A stretch of 63,580 nucleotides of DNA from Candidatus Aminicenantes bacterium. GTDB taxonomy: Bacteria; Acidobacteriota; Aminicenantia; Aminicenantales; Aminicenantaceae. The stretch is taken from the NCBI GenBank assembly GCA_011772495.1, contig WVZL01000014.1:1-63580 (forward strand), in the 5' to 3' direction. The notes beneath the pieces were generated by a model. It worked only from the letters and a program-made list of their open reading frames with translations. It did not search any database and was not told the DNA's origin. Positions 19,717 to 28,893 of this stretch are shown piece after piece. Position 1 is the stretch's first letter, and every line of letters begins with the position of its first letter. The position numbers and the translations under genes were made by a program.

Positions 19717-19793
19717 CTAACCAGTAAGAAAAGCTTGACAGGTTAGTTTTATTTCTTTATATTATAACTAGTATAATAATATAAGATGGTTAG
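19717..19793 (+). promoter_or_regulatory. sigma70 promoter flanked by two TAACY-N18-GGTTA operators
   Basis: TTGACA(19735)-N17-TATATT; CTAACC-N18-GGTTAG at 19717-19746; ATAACT-N18-GGTTAG at 19764-19793. Confidence 0.7.
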
Positions 19794-19896
19794 AAAGTTG
19801 TCAAGTAGGCCCCAAAAGAAATTAACAGTCATAGAGACTTCAGGGGCATCTTCCCATCTCAGGTTTACAAAAAAGAAAAGACAAAGGAGGCATATC

Positions 19897-20814
19897 ATGA
19901 GCCTGGAACAAATAACCAAAACATTGTATGGTCGGATAGAAAAACAGGGTTATAAGGGCAAAATTGTTTCCGTTGAACACGTAACCGAACTCCAAGAGGA
20001 AATCGAAGAGAAACACCATCGAGGTTTGTTGAGTGAAGAAATCTACAGAGAGGTCCTAACCTGGGTCGATTTTAAGATTCCCGAAATTTCTCCAGAAGCA
20101 AAATCTATAATAGTTATTGCTGTCCCTCAGCCCCAAGTTCGTCTTACCTTCAATTGGAACGGCAACTCGCTTCACTGTCTGATTCCCCCTTCCTACAATC
20201 ATGCGACTGATGGTCAAGCAAGAAAAATTCTCGAGCCCTATCTAAAATCAAAGGGGTATCGATTGGCTGAAGCGAAGCTGCCGTTAAAATTGCTTTCGGT
20301 GCATAGTGGACTGGCTGAGTATGGAAGAAACAACATTTCCTATGTAGAGGGAATGGGCAGCTTTTATCGGCTGGCAGCTTTCTATTCTGATCTTCCTTGC
20401 TTGGAAGATAACTGGAGAGAATTGGCAACAATGCAGCGCTGTGAAAAATGTACGGCTTGTCTAAAAACCTGCCCCACCGGTGCTATCTCTTCAGACCGTT
20501 TTCTTCTTCGAGCCGAACGCTGCCTCACTTTTCACAATGAAGGACAAGGGGAGTTTCCTCAATGGCTTGATCCTTCCTGGCACAACTGCATTGTCGGATG
20601 CCTTTACTGTCAAAAAATCTGCCCTGTCGATAAAGATTTCTTGAACCTGATCGAAGAAGGACCCATCTTCTCTCATGAGGAAACAGCGTCAATCCTACAA
20701 GGCAAGCCAATTAAAAAAATACCTAAAGAGACAATCACAAAGCTGGAAGAGCTGAGTTTATTCGAATACGTAGATATTTTGGGACGAAACTTGAGTGTAC
20801 TGTTTCAAAAATAG
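19897..20814 (+). CDS. QueG/reductive-dehalogenase-like double 4Fe-4S protein
   Basis: SGLAEYGRNN, CEKCTACLKTCPTGA, RCLT, GCLYCQKICP; ATG 19897 after AGGAGG. Confidence 0.85.
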   Translation: MSLEQITKTLYGRIEKQGYKGKIVSVEHVTELQEEIEEKHHRGLLSEEIYREVLTWVDFKIPEISPEAKSIIVIAVPQPQVRLTFNWNGNSLHCLIPPSYNHATDGQARKILEPYLKSKGYRLAEAKLPLKLLSVHSGLAEYGRNNISYVEGMGSFYRLAAFYSDLPCLEDNWRELATMQRCEKCTACLKTCPTGAISSDRFLLRAERCLTFHNEGQGEFPQWLDPSWHNCIVGCLYCQKICPVDKDFLNLIEEGPIFSHEETASILQGKPIKKIPKETITKLEELSLFEYVDILGRNLSVLFQK

Positions 20815-20922
20815 GATTTTCGTCTTTGAAATCTTTAATAACGAAAAATCAGGTCATCTTTCTTTATGGGAAGCAATAGAGTAAAGTGAAATTGGAATTC
20901 ACAATTTTTTTTAGGAGTAGAT

Positions 20923-21534
20923 ATGATTCTGGAACACCTTGGAAATAAACCTCGTATTCATCCTTCGGCTTATGTGGCGCCTACGGCCACAGTTTGTGGA
21001 AATGTTGAAATTGGAAAAGAAAGCCGAATACTTTTCGGTGCTTCTATCATTGCCGAAGGCGGGAGCATTAAAATAGGGTCAAACTGTATCATACTTGAGA
21101 ATGCGGCAGTAAGAAGTACTCTTAAGTATTCTACTCATATCGGCGACCACACCTTAATTGGCCCTCACGCCCACCTTGTTGGCTGCAGAATTGAAGAATG
21201 TGTTTTTATAGCGACTGGCGCTTCAATTTTTCATGGCGCATATATCGGACGCGGTTCAGAGGTTCGAATTAATGGCATTGTGCATCTAAAAACAAAACTT
21301 CTTCCGAATACAACAATCCCTATAGGTTGGATCGCAGTTGGCAGCCCCGCACATATTTTCCCTCCTCATGAACATGATAAGATCTGGGCCATTCAAGAGC
21401 CTTTAAATTTCCCCCTGTCAGTTTATGGAGTGGAAAGGCCGCCAGCTGGAGAAACTTCAATGCTAGAGATAACAGCCAAGCTCAGTAAATGGCTTGGCAC
21501 CCATAAAGACGATGTGATCTTAGACAACCAATGA
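20923..21534 (+). CDS. Gamma carbonic anhydrase-like hexapeptide-repeat protein
   Basis: PRIHPSAYVAPTATVCGNVEIG; left-handed beta-helix repeats. Confidence 0.88.
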   Translation: MILEHLGNKPRIHPSAYVAPTATVCGNVEIGKESRILFGASIIAEGGSIKIGSNCIILENAAVRSTLKYSTHIGDHTLIGPHAHLVGCRIEECVFIATGASIFHGAYIGRGSEVRINGIVHLKTKLLPNTTIPIGWIAVGSPAHIFPPHEHDKIWAIQEPLNFPLSVYGVERPPAGETSMLEITAKLSKWLGTHKDDVILDNQ

Positions 21535-21757
21535 AAAATCTGATACAATAGAACAATCCTGCGCTATTATCGTTATTAATTAAAGGGTGAGGTTATATGT
21601 ATAAGAAAAAGCTCCAATATCTATAAATTCTATAAGTTTAATTTATTTTATAAAAATACTTGACTTTAATATTAAAATTAGTTAAAAATGAAATTTAACA
21701 CAGAAAAAGTTATATTATTTCTTAATATAATTTTTCATTCACTCAAAAAGGAGGTAT

Positions 21758-23008
21758 ATGAGAGTGAAAAAATCAAATCAACAAAACTCTAACAAATTCT
21801 TTTTACTCGGCCTTACTTTCTTGTTTGCTGCGACCCTCTTCTTAATCTTCCCCCGAGATGCTGAAGCTGTTTCTCAATGGGCAAGAAAATACCAAGTTGA
21901 TTGCACCACCTGCCATACGTCATTTCCCAGACTGAATCATTTTGGTGAAAAATTTATGCGGGCCGGCTTTCAGTGGCCTGATGACGAACCTGACGGTGAT
22001 ACGGCTGGAAAAGACAAAGTATCCGATAATTTATTCGTCGATAAAGTCGGAAACTGGTTTGGAGCTCGATTGAGCTTAACCCCATTGCTTTACAAAACAA
22101 ACAGCCTGACAGTCGACGGAGAAACCGAAGATTCACTGAATATTGGAAACTCGAACTGGTTGCAGTTTTTTGTGGCTGGAACCATTTTTAAGAATGTCTC
22201 CATATTCATTGAGCAGGAATTTGAAGTCGACGGTGCTTTATTCAGCTGGTTCCATCTCTTCTTTACCAATCTTGCCGATACCTACGTCAACTTCCAAGTT
22301 GGTAAATTGTCTCCTGTAGACTTTACTCCTTTCCCCGATCGTTTACGCATGTGGGGGAAATCGGATGTCTTGAATGTGAAATCATCAGGTGGAAAAGGGC
22401 AGAACTCAGTCACCATAAGGCAGTCCCGTCCAGGCATTCAATACTACGGCTATAAAGGTTCGCTGCTTTGGTTTGCAGGAATTGATAATGGAAAAGACGC
22501 TTCAGACCTTGATCGACAAAAAAATTACTGGACAGGCTTACGTCTAGAATTGCCTAGCAAGGAAAAAAGTAATTTTGAAGGCAGCAGCGTTGGCTTCCAT
22601 TACTATTCTGGTATAGACACTGCTGATTCTGCCACTGCCAGAATTGAAAACAATTTCTCACGCTACACGTTTTCACTCAACGCTCGTTACCTGGAAAAAT
22701 TCGATGTTCAGGCAGTCTACCAAATTGGCAATGACGATAATTATAGTCTTGCCGTCGACCCTTTTGAGGCAAAATTTCAAGGTCTTACAGTTTCGGCAGC
22801 TTACTGGACCTACCCGCTGTACTTCATTCTGCAATACGACCAGATAAATTCAGATGATATCCCTGGCTTGGAAATGAATAAGTTATCTCCTTCAGTCTGG
22901 TTCTTCATGAGAGAAAATTTCAAGGCAGGGCTTGCTGCTCGATTTGATCTCAGCGATGCCGAGTTCAAAAAACACGAAATTGCAGTGCAGATCAGGACAA
23001 TGTTTTAA
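21758..23008 (+). CDS. Monoheme cytochrome c-porin fusion (Cyc2/ExtI-like)
   Basis: Signal peptide (AEA); WARKYQVDCTTCHTSFPRLNHFGEKFMRAGF; amphipathic beta strands; terminal Phe. Confidence 0.8.
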   Translation: MRVKKSNQQNSNKFFLLGLTFLFAATLFLIFPRDAEAVSQWARKYQVDCTTCHTSFPRLNHFGEKFMRAGFQWPDDEPDGDTAGKDKVSDNLFVDKVGNWFGARLSLTPLLYKTNSLTVDGETEDSLNIGNSNWLQFFVAGTIFKNVSIFIEQEFEVDGALFSWFHLFFTNLADTYVNFQVGKLSPVDFTPFPDRLRMWGKSDVLNVKSSGGKGQNSVTIRQSRPGIQYYGYKGSLLWFAGIDNGKDASDLDRQKNYWTGLRLELPSKEKSNFEGSSVGFHYYSGIDTADSATARIENNFSRYTFSLNARYLEKFDVQAVYQIGNDDNYSLAVDPFEAKFQGLTVSAAYWTYPLYFILQYDQINSDDIPGLEMNKLSPSVWFFMRENFKAGLAARFDLSDAEFKKHEIAVQIRTMF

Positions 23009-23021
23009 TTGAAAATAAAAG

Positions 23022-23056
23022 TAGCCTCTCTTCATCAGAAGAGAGGCTATTTTTTT
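23022..23056 (+). terminator. Intrinsic terminator
   Basis: TAGCCTCTCTTC-ATCA-GAAGAGAGGCTA followed by T7. Confidence 0.9.
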
Positions 23057-23129
23057 AGTTTCTCCTCTGTTTCTCCTCGTTTCAACCGCAAGATTGAGTT
23101 CCATTTCTATCAAATCCCTAAAAGTAAAT

Positions 23130-23209
23130 GGGATCTGGTCTTAACATTCAACTTTTAATAAACCCTGCCTCCCAGTACACTGTAATCTTGCATATGGAGA
23201 CCTGACCCC
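23130..23209 (-). repeat. GGGGTCAG-family type A element
   Basis: GGGATCTGGTCTTAACATTCAAC...CTTGCATATGGAGACCTGACCCC. Confidence 0.7.
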
Positions 23210-23233
23210 TTATACTACACAGAGAAGTGCCCA

Positions 23234-24004
23234 ATGAAACATAAACGGAAATGGAGCCCTGTATTTTTCTTATCATTAATTCTCCTAGTTGCTGGATGTA
23301 GAGGCCGAATCCGAGTTGCTCCAAAGCCAGCAGCAAAATTCCCTAAAATAGAACTGAAAGAAATGGGATTCACTATCCAGGCCGGAGCTTTTTCCTTGGT
23401 GGATAACGCCATCAGGCTTACTTCCTCCCTGAATGAGAAAGGATTAAAAGCCTATTACTTTGCTCATGAATCCGGGCTCTACAAGGTTCGGTTCGGAAAT
23501 TTTCCCTCAAGGAAATCAGCTCAAACAAAGGCCCAGAGTCTCGCTGAAGCAGAAATCATAGATGAGTATTACATCGTAAGCCCTGATGAATACACGGTCT
23601 CCAGGAAGTACAGCTATGGAATAAGCTATCTTCGAAATGAGATCGTATCCACCGCAAGAAGTTTCATCGGAATGCCCTACTCCTGGGGAGGCTCCTCGCC
23701 GGCAGAAGGATTCGACTGCAGCGGTCTGACCACGGCGGTCTTTCAGCTCATCGGTTTAAACCTTCCTCACTCCTCTAAAATTCAATACAGTCTCGGGACC
23801 CCTGTTAGAAAAAGTCGACTCCTGCAGGGTGACCTGGTCTTCTTTACCACTTCGGGCGGAAGGAGAGTCTCTCACGTAGGAATCTACATCGGCGATAATA
23901 AATTTATCCACGCACCGGGAAAGAACAAGCAAATCCGCACAGATTCCCTTTCTAACACCTATTTTGCCAAGCGCTATGTGGGGGCGAGGACTTATTTGAG
24001 ATAG
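23234..24004 (+). CDS. SPOR + NlpC/P60 peptidoglycan endopeptidase lipoprotein
   Basis: Lipobox LVAGC; IQAGAF..YKVRFG; PYSWGG, GFDCSG, HVGIY, FIHA. Confidence 0.93.
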   Translation: MKHKRKWSPVFFLSLILLVAGCRGRIRVAPKPAAKFPKIELKEMGFTIQAGAFSLVDNAIRLTSSLNEKGLKAYYFAHESGLYKVRFGNFPSRKSAQTKAQSLAEAEIIDEYYIVSPDEYTVSRKYSYGISYLRNEIVSTARSFIGMPYSWGGSSPAEGFDCSGLTTAVFQLIGLNLPHSSKIQYSLGTPVRKSRLLQGDLVFFTTSGGRRVSHVGIYIGDNKFIHAPGKNKQIRTDSLSNTYFAKRYVGARTYLR

Positions 24005-24047
24005 AGCCATCCCTGCAAAAGGGGAGCGTCAGGTCCTTATTGCAGAG

Positions 24048-24139
24048 AGATCAAGTCTTAATTTTCAACATTCAATATACCATATCCTAGGCTAAATATT
24101 CCCCTCTCGTTGTAATTTTGAATGAGAGTCCTGATCACT
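24048..24139 (+). repeat. ~90-bp repeat, direct copy of 25360-25453
   Basis: TCAAGTCTTAATTTTCAACATT..CCATATCCTAGGCTAAAT..CCCCTCTCGT..AATTTTGAAT. Confidence 0.75.
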
Positions 24140-24171
24140 TTAGTGTGCTTTTTTCTGATTTTCATTATCAT

Positions 24172-24231
24172 GGGGACACAATACTTTTTCCTAGATTTCT
24201 CATCGAAATTAGAAACTGGTTATTGTGTCCC
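24172..24231 (+). repeat. ~60-bp element with GGGACACAATA...TATTGTGTCCC inverted ends
   Basis: 11-bp terminal inverted repeat; related copies near 3067-3122, 18244-18299, 27718-27778. Confidence 0.75.
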
Positions 24232-24345
24232 TGTAATTTTATGTGGTATGGTCACTTAGGGTATGAGCACACGGGAATCGATGAAGTCGTGAGGGTTTTT
24301 GGGAGAGCGTAAAAGGGAATTGTCTTTGAGGAAAAACCACCTCGA

Positions 24346-25341
24346 ATGAGGAAGGAGGGAATGATGAAAAAGGGTTTCTTCTTTGTTTTGCTAATCGGAG
24401 TCTTGGTTCTGGCGTATTCTTTGAGCTCGGAATTAAACATTGCTAAAGAAAAGATCTCTGTCCCAGAGCTACTGCCTTTAAAGCTGCGCTATAAAGTAGG
24501 CGAGACCCTTTATTATCGTCTCGCTAGGGAGAGTTTCGATTTCAAGTTAGATGGGACGAAATCTGGGGAAATGAAAGTTGTCACCTATTTCACCAGAACT
24601 CGACTTGAGAATGACAGCCAGGGAAGAGTCAACGAAAAATTCACCTGGAAAGGCTTTTGGTTTGGACAGTCCCTAACACCAGAACCCGCAAAAATGACAG
24701 AATTCAAGGCCAGTGAGAATTTCACTCTTCACCATTCAGTCAACGATGATGAAGCCCTCTCTAAGTATGACTTTTCTTCTTTGCCCCGGACAATGGAGGG
24801 CTTCTTTTTCATGATTCTCACCTGGGACGCAGTAACCTTCGACGGCATGGTCCGCCCAACAAAATATTTTCCCATCCCTGATAAGGCACGTATCGGCTCT
24901 GAATTCAGGGAGACACGTAAACCTCCTGACTTAGTCTTTGAATACCCACCTCTGGTCACAGATTCCAAATACAGCTTCAGCGGGAAGAGCAGCAGCAAGG
25001 TGTTGGGCATGACCGTTGTGCGTAATATTCCCTGTGCCATCATTGAATCTGCCAATTTGGGAAACAGGGTGTTTATGAACATACATTTGAAGCCTATAGA
25101 AGTAAGGACTCAGGGTTTTGAGCATTTCTGGGCAAAAGCTTATCTTTCGCTCGAAGATGGGCGCATAGTTAGGGGAGAGCTTATGGGACCGGTTACCCTG
25201 ATTCAGGATCTTCAGATGCCTGGCCAGGAGAAGCCCAAACGTATGGAATCACTCACCATTGGATACCTAGAAATGGATCTTCTCTCCGAAGAAGAATTTA
25301 AGGATGAGCTCAAGAAGTTAAGAGAGCAAAATATTCAATAA
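24346..25341 (+). CDS. Hypothetical secreted beta-rich protein
   Basis: 331-aa ORF; signal peptide after MMKKG. Confidence 0.75.
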   Translation: MRKEGMMKKGFFFVLLIGVLVLAYSLSSELNIAKEKISVPELLPLKLRYKVGETLYYRLARESFDFKLDGTKSGEMKVVTYFTRTRLENDSQGRVNEKFTWKGFWFGQSLTPEPAKMTEFKASENFTLHHSVNDDEALSKYDFSSLPRTMEGFFFMILTWDAVTFDGMVRPTKYFPIPDKARIGSEFRETRKPPDLVFEYPPLVTDSKYSFSGKSSSKVLGMTVVRNIPCAIIESANLGNRVFMNIHLKPIEVRTQGFEHFWAKAYLSLEDGRIVRGELMGPVTLIQDLQMPGQEKPKRMESLTIGYLEMDLLSEEEFKDELKKLREQNIQ

Positions 25342-25359
25342 TCCAAGAGGAGCATAAGA

Positions 25360-25453
25360 GAAATCAGGTCTAAATTTTCAACATTTCATGATCCATATCC
25401 CAGGTTAAATGATCCCCATCTCGTAACAATCTTGAATCTGGAGACCCAACCCC
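25360..25453 (+). repeat. ~90-bp repeat, direct copy of 24048-24139
   Basis: Ends TCTGGAGACCCAACCCC. Confidence 0.75.
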
Positions 25454-25515
25454 TTCCTCTTTATTGTGTTTTCATTTCGAATGACCGAAGGGAACGCGGC
25501 AATCTTCTAAAGTAG

Positions 25516-25596
25516 ATTGTCATTGCGAGCGAAGCGCGGCAATCCATTAAGAAAAGGTAAAGATTGCTTCGGCCCTCTGGGTCTCGCAATGACAAT
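25516..25596. repeat. REP/RPE-like palindromic element
   Basis: Perfect 14-bp IR ATTGTCATTGCGAG / CTCGCAATGACAAT with internal GCAATC/GATTGC; partial copies at 6333 and 32962. Confidence 0.85.
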
Positions 25597-25650
25597 AATT
25601 ATAAATCCTATCCCGCAATAATATTGAAAGTTAAGACTTGACCCCTTTCT

Positions 25651-26034
25651 CTAGTGCGTTCTCTTCTGTTTTTCAAACTCAAGTATTTTCTTCTTAAACT
25701 CGTCCCAGCTGTAAGTTATCGGGGCTTTGATTAGGTAGTCGCCAAGGCCAACCGCTTTTATGATTTTCTCTGACATCTTCTTTTCTTCTTCGGGGATCTC
25801 TCCTTTTGGGCAGAACCACACCGCAAACTTATGATCCATATCATGATACAAGAGATCGGCAGATATCAGGCAATTCTTGCCGCAGTGCAAGCATACGAAC
25901 TGATTTATCTCATCCTCGAAGATCTTCACTCTTAGCTCTGGCTCCAGTGACACATTCACAGAAGAGTAGAAGGTCACTGTCTGATTAAAGCCACAAAAAG
26001 GGCATGAAGCTTCGATTTCGACTTTTTTGCTCAT
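25651..26034 (-). CDS. CpXC domain protein
   Basis: CPFCG, SVNVSLEPEL, FVCLHCG, LLYHD. Confidence 0.85.
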   Translation of the reverse strand: MSKKVEIEASCPFCGFNQTVTFYSSVNVSLEPELRVKIFEDEINQFVCLHCGKNCLISADLLYHDMDHKFAVWFCPKGEIPEEEKKMSEKIIKAVGLGDYLIKAPITYSWDEFKKKILEFEKQKRTH

Positions 26035-26277
26035 GTTATATTCTTACCACTACTTTTAAATTGTTTATCAAAAAAGAAAAGAATTCAATCGCCTTTTGGG
26101 ATGAATCGAGAGGTGATTTTCTAGTTTAGATGAAAAATTCAGGAGCAGGTATTCTGTCTTCAGAATATAAGCGTATTTTTCAATTTTTAAATAGGATAGG
26201 GAAAAGAGGTATTGAATTCCCAGAAATAACCAGAGTTATTTCAGAAGCCGAGAGGCTATAGACTCGTATTTACGATC

Positions 26278-27474
26278 CTATTCTTCTACTCCCAACTCAC
26301 GCAGCTTGTCCTTTGAATTTTGTAAAATACGTTTTGCGTATTCGGTGTCACCGGGATTCAGTTTTATGGCCATCTTATAGAGTTCAATCGCCTTTTCCTT
26401 TTTTCCCATAATCATGTAGGCTTCCCCGAGGCTGTCATGGGCATTGAAGGATTTGGGGAAACGTTCGATATTGTAGGCGAAGATCTCGACTGCCTTCTCA
26501 TATTCTTTCTGGTTGAGTAAAAAGTATCCGTAGGAATTGACCAGTCGTTCCGGGAGAATGGAAGGTGATTCAAAACCGTACCTCTCCCACTTGGCGGTGG
26601 TTGTTTTTACATATTCCTTTATCGTTTGCACATCGGCATTTCTCAATGATTCTCTGGGCATCTTCCAGCCACTGAAAATGAATAAAAGCCCGTCATAAAC
26701 ATTCCTGCCGACCATGGATCCATGGTCGCCTTCCACCCAGGCACTCTTCCAGGTCAGGCCGGTAACGGGTGTGTTATTCATCCACTTTTCAAGTCCTTTG
26801 AAAGTGTCAAGGGTTAACTCAGCCTCCCCTTTTCCGACCGTCATGAAGAGGAATTTGTCATCCAATTTCCTTACCTTGGCCATTTTTTCGATATTCTTCA
26901 GCCAGTACTGGTCATTGGTCTGGAACCAGGGGCTGCCCGCAATGTAGGCTGTGAACAGGTCAGGATGGTTGAAAAGAGTATACATGGTAAACAGCCCGCC
27001 CACTGAGTGACCGTATAAGATTCTGAAAGCGTTGGTGCGATAGTGTTGCTCCACGAAAGGAATCAACTCTTCCTTGAGGAACTTTATGGAAAGGTCTGCG
27101 CCTGTAGGATTCTCTCCGCGCTCCTCAAAAGGAGTGGGAACATAACCTCTCTGAACAGGCGGAACGCCAACGACGATCATTTCCGGGATATCAGTGGTGC
27201 GTGACAGAATCTCGACGGTTCCGCAATCGTACTTGAAGTTGAATCCGCCTAAATCATAAAAAACCGGGTAATTCGTTGAGCTGGTGTTATAACTATCCGG
27301 TACAGAAACTAGAACGGCTACCTCCCTGTTAAGGATCTTCGAAGACATTGGTAGCGATTGTCCAATAACAACCTCGGTTCCCTCTTCCTGGGCCATCGTT
27401 CTTGGTCCGAAAAAGGAAACCACAAAAATTGCCAGCATCACTCCTAAGATTCTAAAGACGTTTGATGGTTTCAT
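26278..27474 (-). CDS. Secreted IroE/Fes-like alpha/beta esterase with C-terminal TPR
   Basis: LIPFVEQHY, GHSVGG, IAGSP, GDH; TPR NAHDSLGEAY. Confidence 0.9.
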   Translation of the reverse strand: MKPSNVFRILGVMLAIFVVSFFGPRTMAQEEGTEVVIGQSLPMSSKILNREVAVLVSVPDSYNTSSTNYPVFYDLGGFNFKYDCGTVEILSRTTDIPEMIVVGVPPVQRGYVPTPFEERGENPTGADLSIKFLKEELIPFVEQHYRTNAFRILYGHSVGGLFTMYTLFNHPDLFTAYIAGSPWFQTNDQYWLKNIEKMAKVRKLDDKFLFMTVGKGEAELTLDTFKGLEKWMNNTPVTGLTWKSAWVEGDHGSMVGRNVYDGLLFIFSGWKMPRESLRNADVQTIKEYVKTTTAKWERYGFESPSILPERLVNSYGYFLLNQKEYEKAVEIFAYNIERFPKSFNAHDSLGEAYMIMGKKEKAIELYKMAIKLNPGDTEYAKRILQNSKDKLRELGVEE

Positions 27475-27534
27475 GATGATCCTCCTCCCATGTGTAATAA
27501 ATTTTTCATGATACTAAATTTTTAATATTGTCTA

Positions 27535-27550
27535 AGCAATATATGTGCCA
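27535..27550 (-). promoter_or_regulatory. sigma54 promoter
   Basis: TGGCAC-ATATA-TTGCT, consensus match. Confidence 0.8.
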
Positions 27551-27670
27551 GCATAGAATCTTATGGTTTTTGTTTGAAGGTAATTTCTCTGAGCCCGGAT
27601 ACTTCCTGGATTGCGCCCTGAAAGCTTAACCAGCTTGCTCAAATATTGAGGGCCGTAAAAAAAAATGAGA

Positions 27671-27689
27671 TGTAAACTTCTTTTACACC
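27671..27689 (-). promoter_or_regulatory. Candidate enhancer (bEBP) site
   Basis: GGTGTAAAAGAAGTTTACA (TGTAAA-N5-TTTACA) about 120 bp upstream of the sigma54 site. Confidence 0.5.
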
Positions 27690-27913
27690 ATGCCAAAAAA
27701 TTTAACTAAAATATTCTGGGGACATAATATCTTATTTTGGATTTTTCGCCGAAATTGGAAAACAAGTATGATGTGCGCAGTATTATCATTGGGATAGAAT
27801 ATATTAAATTTATAGGACTGGGACTTATCCCCAACTAAAAGAAATGTTTAATTCTTAGGTATGATCCCTACTATAACTCCCACCAAGTATTGATCGTGAG
27901 CGCTATTTTAGAA

Positions 27914-28606
27914 TTAGAAGCAGGTAGGATCTTTATCTGTCTCGTACACCGTAATCTGAAACGGCATTATGAAATGACCGACAGTGAACCGCTTCCCCTT
28001 GACTTTCTCCAGCCGTGCTGTATGTGTTCCAATGCTTTCGATTGTCCACTGCCGTAGTCCGGTATCAGGATCAGTGTATTGCGTTACTTTAACCCATTCG
28101 CACTCATCCAATCCATCAAACCTAAGCTGGTAACTATTCCGGCCTATATCAAACCACAATAGAAAGCGTTTTTCTTGGTCTGTATAATTTGTCTCAGACA
28201 GGACTTCATCCACCCTTATGCTTACATCTACTACCTGGATAGGATCAAACGGAGGCAAATTTGTATTATTGGCAAGGAAATCGAGCGTTACCTTACGGTC
28301 TATGTATCCTTTTTCAATTTTTGTGTTCATGCAACCAAGTATAAAATCATGATCCTGTTCCGTTAGCAGGCAGACCGTAGCCCCTTCCAGGCCTTTGTAG
28401 AAACCATATCCATCGCTATAAATTCCGTCGCCGATAGCATCACGAAATTCAGCGTCTGCAGTGACGGTATTACAATTTGGATCCTTACCTTTACCCCCTT
28501 TGCCTTGATTACTTTGCGCTAAAAGCAATAATGGTATGACCAACCCCGAGGCAACACAAATACTTAATATTCTTCCTCTCATTCCTAAAAATTTGAAATT
28601 AGCCAT
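27914..28606 (-). CDS. Hypothetical secreted protein with Gly/Lys linker and several Cys
   Basis: Start MANFKF at 28606 after GAGGTG; hydrophobic leader; QGKGGKGKDPNC. Confidence 0.7.
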   Translation of the reverse strand: MANFKFLGMRGRILSICVASGLVIPLLLLAQSNQGKGGKGKDPNCNTVTADAEFRDAIGDGIYSDGYGFYKGLEGATVCLLTEQDHDFILGCMNTKIEKGYIDRKVTLDFLANNTNLPPFDPIQVVDVSIRVDEVLSETNYTDQEKRFLLWFDIGRNSYQLRFDGLDECEWVKVTQYTDPDTGLRQWTIESIGTHTARLEKVKGKRFTVGHFIMPFQITVYETDKDPTCF

Positions 28607-28705
28607 GTTGCACCTCTCATCCTGATTTCTTTTTAATTTATTTCTGGGCGGGAGAAGTATCAATAAGGCTACAGCCTCATTTTCATTCAAATTTACCCCT
28701 ATTAC

Positions 28706-28721
28706 TAGGACTCCAGTCCTA
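28706..28721. promoter_or_regulatory. Perfect 7-2-7 palindrome, candidate NarL/LuxR-family operator
   Basis: TAGGACT-CC-AGTCCTA between divergent genes. Confidence 0.55.
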
Positions 28722-28893
28722 TTTTTAGAGAATCTATAACTAAACTAGCTTTATTGACACCCAATCTATCTCTATGAATCGCGCTATTTATTAAAATCTA
28801 TTTAAGACATGGCCTGCTAGAAAATTGTTGATTCTCCATTCGCATTAATGTAATCTAAACGCATTAAAGGGAATAATTTAGCAGAAAGGAACT

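Noticed and set aside
19897-20814. Calling this gene queG or a reductive dehalogenase
   Set aside because: Only the shared Fe-S/cobalamin-fold motifs are visible; there is no Tat leader or rdhB, and orthology cannot be shown without phylogeny.
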